Positions 1 to 6,048 of a stretch of 15,978 nucleotides of DNA are shown here, piece after piece; position 1 is the stretch's first letter; every line of letters begins with the position of its first letter. The stretch comes from Candidatus Krumholzibacteriia bacterium. GTDB taxonomy: Bacteria > Krumholzibacteriota > Krumholzibacteriia > WVZY01. The position numbers and the translations under genes were made by a program. The notes under the pieces are model-generated. The model was given only the letters and a program-made list of their open reading frames with translations. It was not told the DNA's origin and did no database searches. The stretch is from contig JBHHVD010000075.1 in NCBI GenBank assembly GCA_046754105.1, positions 1-15,978 of the forward strand, read 5' to 3'.

Positions 1-584
1 GTGAACTTCTCGAAGAGCTTCGCACGCTCGGCCATCGTCATCTTGCCGAAATCGGCCTCCTTGATGTTGCGCGCCTCGAAGAGCTTCGCGCGCTCGGCGA
101 TGGTCAGCTTCTCGAAGAGCTTCGCGCGCTCGGCGATGGTGAGCCGGCCCCACCCTTCTGCCAGGGTCTGGGCTTCGAAGAGCTTTGCGCGCTCGGCGAT
201 GGTCAGCTTCTCGAAGAGCTTCGCGCGCTCGGCGATGGTCAGGCGCTCGAAAAGTCGTGAGCGTTCGGCCAGGGTCATCTTCTCGAAGAGCTTGTTGCGT
301 TCGGCCAGGGTCATCTTCTCGAAGAGCTTCGCCCGCTCGGCGGGCGTAAAGCGCTCAAAGAGCTTCGCCCGCTCGGCCACCGTCATCTTGCCGAAATCGG
401 CCTCCGCCTTGCCCACGCGCTCGAAAAACCTGGTGCGCTCGGCAGGACTGAGCCGCTCGAAGATCTTGCTGCGCTCGGCGATCGTGAGCCGCCCCGCCTC
501 AAACGGGTTCAGCCGCTCGAAGAGCTTCGACCGCTCGGCGGGCGACAAACGGCCCAGCAGACCGGCCAGCTCTTCTTCCGTCAT
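1..584 (-). repeat. Coding tandem repeat, 36-nt/12-aa unit, consensus [LMF][TS]xAERxKLFE[KR]
   Basis: 12 clear units plus one degenerate first unit (MTEEELAGLLGR), interrupted by four 8-10 aa linkers. Near-exact DNA copies at 261-293/297-329 (offset 36), 76-140/175-239 (offset 99) and 12-60/357-405 (offset 345). Confidence 0.95.
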
Positions 585-803
585 CGACTCGGCTACTTGC
601 GGTTGTGCCGTCTCGCCTGCGTGTTCTCCCGCGAGCAGGACATCGTCCGGACTGATCTGCTCCGCTCGGTAACGCTCAGCTGTACCAATCGCACCCTTCA
701 GCCCTTCCTCCCTCGGTGGTGAATAGATAAAGGAGAAGTAAGCAACGGCGATAATGGCAACGACCGCGAGGCCGACAAACAGACCTCTGTATTTGGTACT
801 CAT
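1..803 (-). CDS. Membrane-anchored/exported 12-aa tandem-repeat protein of unknown function (3' end beyond the window)
   Basis: Not in the ORF track; translated by hand. ATG at 803-801 follows AAAGGGGGG (SD-like), and the frame stays open for 267 codons to the edge: MSTKYRGLFVGLAVVAIIAVAYFSFIYSPPREEGLKGAIGTAERYRAEQISPDDVLLAG...MTVAERAKLFERFTPAERAKLFEKMTLAERNKLFEK... Basic N-terminus, ~20-residue hydrophobic helix, then helical repeats. The + strand ORF 1..672 is its antisense shadow. Confidence 0.9.
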   Translation of the reverse strand, partial: MSTKYRGLFVGLAVVAIIAVAYFSFIYSPPREEGLKGAIGTAERYRAEQISPDDVLLAGEHAGETAQPQVAESMTEEELAGLLGRLSPAERSKLFERLNPFEAGRLTIAERSKIFERLSPAERTRFFERVGKAEADFGKMTVAERAKLFERFTPAERAKLFEKMTLAERNKLFEKMTLAERSRLFERLTIAERAKLFEKLTIAERAKLFEAQTLAEGWGRLTIAERAKLFEKLTIAERAKLFEARNIKEADFGKMTMAERAKLFEKF

Positions 804-871
804 ACTGTGCCCCCCTTTGGGCTTGGGTTGACGCGTCCATACCTGTGTCCCTGTTTCAACCGATTCACCTG

Positions 872-898
872 AATTACCAACTTGTACCGCAAAAGTTG
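872..898 (-). promoter_or_regulatory. Putative ECF sigma-dependent promoter of the repeat-protein gene
   Basis: Minus strand CAACTTTTG-cggtacaagtt-GGTAATT, 17 nt after the anti-sigma stop and 68 nt before the ATG at 803. Same elements and spacing as 2166-2192. AAC-N16-xGTA matches the general ECF layout (e.g. B. subtilis SigW TGAAAC-N16-CGTA). Confidence 0.75.
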
Positions 899-915
899 AT
901 CGGAAAATGAGTTCG

Positions 916-1626
916 TCATCGAGAAAACACCTGCTCTTCCAGCAATACCTGTCCGTCGGCCGCGATCCTGACCGACAACGGCGATGCCGCGCCGCCCTCC
1001 CGCTGGAAAACGGCGTAGTATCTGCCCGATCCCAGGTGGGTCACGAGCGATTGCCCCTGGTATGCGAGGGTGATATCGACCTCGCGCTCGGAGGCCACTT
1101 CGACCTTCGATATCGCCAGATCGCCCTCCACGTGCAAGCCGATGGTTCCCTGGACGGTATCCAGATCGATGTGAAGCGCGGCGGCCCACGTGCCGTCATC
1201 GTTGATCATAATGGTACCACTGTTGTTAACCCTGAGGCTACCAGCTAATTTTCCCTTGTCGGGAAGAGCCCCATAATTAACTAAATGATAACCAATTACA
1301 CCAACGAGCAAGCCCGCGGCGATTGCGGCGGCATACCGGAAGTTCGGTCTGAGCCCAAACCAGGTAAAGCTCGTACCGCGGCCGGCGGCAGGGGCGGTGG
1401 AGTAGCGATTGGGGTCGATCGCCGCCTCGACGCGATCCCGCAGCGTCGGGCCCGGGTCGATCTCCTCCACCTCTCCGAGCAGAGCCGAGAACTGAACCAG
1501 ATCGTTGTAGTGCTCCCGCGTGCCCGCTTGTTCCACCATAAATCGCTCGAGCCGCTTCTTGTCCTCCGGGGTAATCGTGCCGTCAATGTCTTGCCACATG
1601 AGCTGTTCTGTTTTTTTGTCGATCAT
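916..1626 (-). CDS. Transmembrane anti-sigma factor (class I ASD-like, no zinc ligands) with extracytoplasmic beta-rich domain
   Basis: ATGA overlap with the sigma stop. N-terminal QDIDGTITPEDKKRLERFM...IDPGPTLRDRVEAAI follows the anti-sigma pattern (DGeL..ee...le.hl / P...Lr.rV). One TM segment YAAAIAAGLLVGVIGYHLV, then ~120 aa rich in beta-strand patterns. Confidence 0.85.
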   Translation of the reverse strand: MIDKKTEQLMWQDIDGTITPEDKKRLERFMVEQAGTREHYNDLVQFSALLGEVEEIDPGPTLRDRVEAAIDPNRYSTAPAAGRGTSFTWFGLRPNFRYAAAIAAGLLVGVIGYHLVNYGALPDKGKLAGSLRVNNSGTIMINDDGTWAAALHIDLDTVQGTIGLHVEGDLAISKVEVASEREVDITLAYQGQSLVTHLGSGRYYAVFQREGGAASPLSVRIAADGQVLLEEQVFSR

Positions 1627-2165
1627 CTGTGGACTCCCCTTCGAACGAGAATGTCCCTGAGCTGTCGCCGTGCCGAAAACAACCGCGACTTGATTGTCTT
1701 CTCCGGAATCCCGACGATGTCACCCATCTCCTTGTAACTCATTCCCTGATAGTGTCGTAGCACAATCGCCACACGGTAGTCCGGCTGCAGCTCCATCAAT
1801 GCGGCCTGGAGGTGGTCACCGAGCTCGACGTTGCTGTATGTCTGTTCAGGGTTCTTGGCAGTGACTTCGATGTCGGAGTCGAGAGGATTGAAATGGTTGC
1901 GGTGGTTGAGGATATTGATGGATTCGTTGACGAGGATTCGATAGATCCAGCTAAAAAAGCGATAGGACGAATCGAACGTGTGCAGCTTCTCGTACGCCTT
2001 GACAAACGCGGACTGCGTGGCATCCATCGCGTCTTCGTAGTCGTTCACCACCCGGTAGGCCGCGTTGAACATCTTTTTCCCGTACTTCTCCACCAGCATT
2101 CCAAATGCCTTCCGATCGCCCTTCAAACAGGCGTTAACCCACAAAACATCCTGGTCACTTGACAT
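1623..2165 (-). CDS. ECF-family sigma-70 factor (SigW/RpoE-like), 180 aa
   Basis: Region 1.2/2: LKGDRKAFGMLVEKY...DAMDATQSAFVKAYEKL...FFSWIYRILVN. Region 4: LQPDYRVAIVLRHYQGMSYKEMGDIVGIPEKTIKSRLFSARRQL. ATG at 2165 is preferred over the TTG at 2186, which lies inside the promoter motif. No obvious SD. Confidence 0.96.
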   Translation of the reverse strand: MSSDQDVLWVNACLKGDRKAFGMLVEKYGKKMFNAAYRVVNDYEDAMDATQSAFVKAYEKLHTFDSSYRFFSWIYRILVNESINILNHRNHFNPLDSDIEVTAKNPEQTYSNVELGDHLQAALMELQPDYRVAIVLRHYQGMSYKEMGDIVGIPEKTIKSRLFSARRQLRDILVRRGVHR

Positions 2166-2192
2166 AATTACCGAGATAGGGCTCAAAAGTTG
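2166..2192 (-). promoter_or_regulatory. Putative autoregulatory ECF promoter of the sigma/anti-sigma operon
   Basis: Minus strand CAACTTTTG-agccctatctc-GGTAATT directly abutting ATG 2165. The 16 nt of the two elements and the 11-nt spacer length are identical to 872-898. Confidence 0.72.
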
Positions 2193-2309
2193 TTGGGTTT
2201 CCGTCCGATTTCAGTTTCGGTCCTGGGAGCAGAATCTCGCCGCCGCGCAAAACGTCACTCGCACGGGGCAGGCGTCGCGGTATAACCAGCTGATAAATAA
2301 TCAGTTAAG

Positions 2310-2603
2310 TTACTCGATTTCAAAGATGCGGTCAAATCCCGCGATGTGGAAAATCTCACGGATGTGCTGGTTCATGTTCACCAGTCTGAGACGGCCGCCC
2401 GATTCGCCGAGGCGCTTCTGAGCGCCGAGCAGCACACCGAGACCGGCGCTGGAAATATAGTCCAGCTCGCCGAAATCGATTACCAGCGAACCGTTTGCCT
2501 GGTTGAGGACGGCCCGCGCCTTCTCCGTCTGGGCGGCGTCAAACCTCCCGGATAGCGAGATGGTTCCGTCGCCGATGTCCTTGATCTCGAACATATCAGT
2601 CAC
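2310..2603 (-). CDS. STAS-domain anti-sigma factor antagonist (RsbV/SpoIIAA family)
   Basis: ISLSGRFDAA...LVIDFGELDYISSAGLGVLL (phosphoacceptor Ser motif)...IREIFHIAGFDRIFEIE. Start is GTG 2603 or ATG 2594 (1 nt after the upstream stop); either way it is coupled to the kinase gene. Confidence 0.95.
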   Translation of the reverse strand: MTDMFEIKDIGDGTISLSGRFDAAQTEKARAVLNQANGSLVIDFGELDYISSAGLGVLLGAQKRLGESGGRLRLVNMNQHIREIFHIAGFDRIFEIE

Positions 2604-3003
2604 CCGCCAGGCGTTTGACCACCGTGACCTTCATGCGGCGGTCTTCATACTCGTACGATACCTTGTCGACGATGGACTTCACCAGGTGGAGGCCGAGACC
2701 GCCGGGGCTGCGCTCTTCGATGGGCTTGCCGGTCGTGACTTCCTCGACCGTGTCCGGGTCGAAGGGGTCCACGTTGAAGTCGACCAGCTCCACCGTCACC
2801 GATTCTGGGTCGTTCGACATCCGGATGAGGATGCGGTCCTCAGCCCCGGAATTGTATTTTACCATGTTCGTGAACAGCTCCTCCACCGCCAGGTTGATCG
2901 AATACGCAACGCCCTCCTCGAGCCTCAGCTCTGTTATGAACGCGCTGACGAACTCGAAAATCCCGTCGAGGGCCTCGAATCCCCGGTTGAACCGTTTTTC
3001 CAT
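2596..3003 (-). CDS. RsbW/SpoIIAB-like anti-sigma regulatory Ser/Thr kinase (HATPase_c_2)
   Basis: N-box LAVEELFTNMVKY, PFDP motif, G2 box ERSPGGLGLHLVKSIVDKVSYE; adjacent STAS partner. Confidence 0.92.
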   Translation of the reverse strand: MEKRFNRGFEALDGIFEFVSAFITELRLEEGVAYSINLAVEELFTNMVKYNSGAEDRILIRMSNDPESVTVELVDFNVDPFDPDTVEEVTTGKPIEERSPGGLGLHLVKSIVDKVSYEYEDRRMKVTVVKRLAGD

Positions 3004-3019
3004 TTTGTCCGCCCGTTTG

Positions 3020-3094
3020 CCGGTCGCGTGCCGACCGGACTGCGCCGCCTGCTGAGGAGCCCCAATCGGCGCAGTGCGGTGGCAAGACCCGCAC
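3020..3094. other. Three back-to-back inverted repeats in the M6-rsbW spacer
   Basis: CCGGTCG/CGACCGG (3020-3026/3032-3038), ACTGCGCCG/CGGCGCAGT (3039-3047/3067-3075), GTGCGG/CCGCAC (3074-3079/3089-3094). No U-tract on the minus strand. Confidence 0.5.
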
Positions 3095-3099
3095 GGTAC

Positions 3100-5970
3100 T
3101 TATTTGAGCAACATCAGTTTTCGGGTCAGCACCCGGCCGCCGGTGTTTAGCTGGTAGAGGTAGATCCCGCTGCTCACCGGGTTACCCGCATCATTGGTAC
3201 CGTCCCACTCCGCCTCGTTCGTCCCCGGCGACCCGACGCCGTGGACCAGCGTCCTGACCCGCGCCCCCCGCGGATCGTATATATTTAACGACACAAATTG
3301 CGCGTTGGGAAGCGAAAACTGAATCCGCGTGTTGGGATTAAAGGGGTTAGGGTAGTTCTGAAAGAGCGCCAGCTCCAACCCCGGCACCTCGGCTCGGGCC
3401 AGGGGCGAGCGCATCTCGGTGCCGTCCGGCAGGACGACGATCAGACTGTACTCGTAACGGCCGCCCGGCTGGACGCCGCGGTCCATGTAGGTACGCGCGG
3501 TATGGCCCAGCAGGGCGCCGGTGTTGATTCGCCGCTCCGACGTCGAGCCGTCCGCCCGCCGCAGGATCGCGAAGCCGCTGATGGCCTCGTCGGCCCACAG
3601 CCGCCACGAAAGCTCGACGCCGCCCTCGCGCGCTTTGGCACCGAAGAACTGGATGAAGACCGGCACCGGGTCGGTGACGGTAAAGGCGGCGCTTAGTGTC
3701 GACTGCTGGCCGTCGGGGTTGCGCACCACCACGTCGTACGTGCCCTTGGGCACGCCCGTGAGATCGATCGATCCGGTGAGCTGCGTCTTGCAGACCCAGA
3801 CCACGGGACTCGCCGGGTATTCGGTCATGCCCGCGTCGCGCAGCGCCACGACCGCCCCGCGGACGAAGGACGCTCCGGTCACGTCGGTGATCGGCACGAT
3901 CGTGTTCAACTCGCCCGTCACCGGTGTAATGGACGAGAGAACCGGCGGAAAGTACCCGCCCCTGAAATCGGCCGTCATTGCCGCGGCGGCGGCCGGGATG
4001 TTCGAGACCACGACCTGGGTATCGAACGTGTTGTGGCTCCGGCTGCTCGGGTTGGAGGCATTGTCGAAGAGCGCATTGCTCGACGACCCGGGAAACATAT
4101 CGCCGCTGTCACCGCGGCTGTTCGACGTCCGCAGGTGGTTCAACCCGTCGGCCTGTCTCAGCTCCACGTTCGCAGGGCGCAGGTTCGCCGTCGTCGTCGA
4201 GCCGCTGGTGTTGTCGCCACCGAGATTGTCCTCGATGTGCCAGATGTAGAACCCGTTGCCCCACAGGTTCTGGTCGAACGACGCGCCGGCCGTGTTGCGG
4301 TTTTCTACCAGGAAATACTCTTTGTTGGGGTTCGCCGTGAAATCGTAATACCACCCGTCTTCGCACGTCTCGAGATCACTGGCATAGCTCTCGCCGCCGC
4401 CGGTGACCGAGATGTTGTCCAGCTTGAACGGCCCGCCGGTGCCCGAATTGAAACCGGCAACCCCGTCCTCGTCCGACACTGCGAAATCCGACGTGAATTG
4501 CAGGATGATCTGGTAAGGCGTCGCGCCACTGAGAAACGGCGTCAGGTCGACCGTGACGGCGTTGGTCGAGCCCATGCCCGTGTACGTGCGGAGCGTGTTC
4601 TCCGTCGCCCCGACCTTGATCTTGACGAAACCGAAGTCGTAGGTCGCCTCGGTATCCCAGGAGACGTCGTACTGGAGGGTCACGGTGCCGACGCCGTCGT
4701 AGTTGAAATCCCTGCGGACGGCCTCGTCCCAGTTGTTGCCGTAACCGCCGCTTCCGGGCCAGTTGCGGTTGAGCGCCGCGAAGTTGGTCAGCCCGCAGTG
4801 CAGCGACCACCCTCCCGCGATCGGGTTGAAGCCATTGCGGTTGAACTTCTCCTCCATCACGTTCAGCTGTATGACCTCGGGGTTCAGCTCGACGCTGTTC
4901 AGCGTCGCGGTCTGCGAGGCGCCCTCGATCACCGTCGGGGAGAGCCACCCCAGCTGCACCTTGGACCACGCGCACATATGGGTCGGGTTCGGCGGCAACC
5001 GCCAGTTGCCCGACCCCATGAGGCCGTGGTGACCGATCCCCTGGCCGCCCTGGTTGGTGTCGTAGAGATCGGGCAGCCCGAAGGCGTGGCCGAACTCGTG
5101 GGCGAAGACACCGATCTCGATGGTACCGCTGCCGCATCCGTTGGTCGAACCCAGGGCGGGCTGGATCGTGTAATCCCGCACGCGGATGAAGCCGCCGCCG
5201 GTACGGGCGTCGTTGGTCACCCACGGTCCCGGAAACTCCGGCCACCCGTCCACGACCCAGCGGTGGGACCACATGTTGGAGGTGCCGCATTCGGCACCGA
5301 TCTCGGGCTGAACGATGGCGACAAAATCCACCAAACCGTCGTCGTCGCCCGAATTGGGAAGCCCGTCCGGCCCGTCGTTGTCGTACTGGCCGAAATCCAC
5401 CGAGCCGTCCACACCCTGCAGCGCCTCCAGGATCAGCTGGCCCGTCTTGGCACCGGGGTTGCAAATCCCCTGGCAGCCACCCTCGTAGAAGGCATCCGTG
5501 TTGGCGGCGGTCACCCATCCCCATACGTCACCGGTCAGGGTCACGTTGCCGTACGACATCTCCGTGTACAGGTCCGTCATTGTGCCGCTGGGATTCGTAA
5601 AGAGTCTCGCGGCGAGCGTGGCCGTCGGATACGGTGCCGCGCGGTTGCTGTACTCGATCATGATTACGGGCACCCTCACCGTTCCCGCCACGACGGCCCG
5701 GCGCCGTACGTCCTCCGGCAGCGAGGCGAGATCCAGCCCGCCGGGGTGGGTAAGCTCGAGTTCCCGCCTGAATTCACGGGCACGGCGTGCCTTGTCCACC
5801 CAGGCATTCTGGAACTGGAATGCCGTTGGATCGTCCGCGATGCGGTCGTAATACGATTGGGGCATTTCGACACCCGGCGCGGGCGGTACGATCTGCGCTA
5901 CCGCCGGCGCGGCCACGGCCACCGCGGTCGCGACCAGGGCGAGAACGAACAGACAGTATCCAGTTTTCAT
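3100..5970 (-). CDS. Secreted M6-family (immune inhibitor A-like) zinc metalloprotease with IPT/TIG-like and FN3-like domains and a C-terminal FlgD-Ig/T9SS-type tail, 956 aa
   Basis: Start moved to ATG 5970 (SD AAAGGAG; signal peptide MKTGYCLFVLALVATAVAVAAPAVA). Motifs: EMSYG, WSHRW, GVFAHEFGHAFGLPDLYD (HExxHxxGxxD), Met-turn GLMGSGNW, CAWSKVQLGW, EYFLVENR, IWHIED. Tail LFQNYPNPFNPNTRIQFSLP...WDGTNDAGNPVSSGIYLYQL...TRKLMLLK. Confidence 0.93.
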   Translation of the reverse strand: MKTGYCLFVLALVATAVAVAAPAVAQIVPPAPGVEMPQSYYDRIADDPTAFQFQNAWVDKARRAREFRRELELTHPGGLDLASLPEDVRRRAVVAGTVRVPVIMIEYSNRAAPYPTATLAARLFTNPSGTMTDLYTEMSYGNVTLTGDVWGWVTAANTDAFYEGGCQGICNPGAKTGQLILEALQGVDGSVDFGQYDNDGPDGLPNSGDDDGLVDFVAIVQPEIGAECGTSNMWSHRWVVDGWPEFPGPWVTNDARTGGGFIRVRDYTIQPALGSTNGCGSGTIEIGVFAHEFGHAFGLPDLYDTNQGGQGIGHHGLMGSGNWRLPPNPTHMCAWSKVQLGWLSPTVIEGASQTATLNSVELNPEVIQLNVMEEKFNRNGFNPIAGGWSLHCGLTNFAALNRNWPGSGGYGNNWDEAVRRDFNYDGVGTVTLQYDVSWDTEATYDFGFVKIKVGATENTLRTYTGMGSTNAVTVDLTPFLSGATPYQIILQFTSDFAVSDEDGVAGFNSGTGGPFKLDNISVTGGGESYASDLETCEDGWYYDFTANPNKEYFLVENRNTAGASFDQNLWGNGFYIWHIEDNLGGDNTSGSTTTANLRPANVELRQADGLNHLRTSNSRGDSGDMFPGSSSNALFDNASNPSSRSHNTFDTQVVVSNIPAAAAAMTADFRGGYFPPVLSSITPVTGELNTIVPITDVTGASFVRGAVVALRDAGMTEYPASPVVWVCKTQLTGSIDLTGVPKGTYDVVVRNPDGQQSTLSAAFTVTDPVPVFIQFFGAKAREGGVELSWRLWADEAISGFAILRRADGSTSERRINTGALLGHTARTYMDRGVQPGGRYEYSLIVVLPDGTEMRSPLARAEVPGLELALFQNYPNPFNPNTRIQFSLPNAQFVSLNIYDPRGARVRTLVHGVGSPGTNEAEWDGTNDAGNPVSSGIYLYQLNTGGRVLTRKLMLLK

Positions 5971-6048
5971 CGAGGCTCCTTTCAGAGGCAGGGCAGACAT
6001 CTCAATCGGGACAAGGGTGACCGATAACCGCTGCCGCCGCAAGCCAAA

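Noticed and set aside
1..584. 36-nt periodic repeats as a CRISPR array
   Set aside because: Units are contiguous with no unique spacers, keep the reading frame and vary at codon level; no cas genes.
1..672. Plus-strand 223-aa ORF with SKSFARSA repeats
   Set aside because: Antisense shadow of the minus-strand repeat gene, which has the SD, signal/TM segment and promoter motif.
829..858. TGAAAC...CGTC as a SigW-like promoter before the repeat gene
   Set aside because: Spacing is 19 nt rather than about 16, and the duplicated motif at 872-898 is a better candidate.
4033..6027. Long alternative ORFs (4033..6027 +, 4376..5524 -, 8186..9193 -, 9738..11063 +, 11020..13308 -, 13575..14753 +)
   Set aside because: All overlap well-supported genes and have Arg/Gly/Ala/Val-rich, motif-free sequences typical of off-frame ORFs in high-GC DNA.
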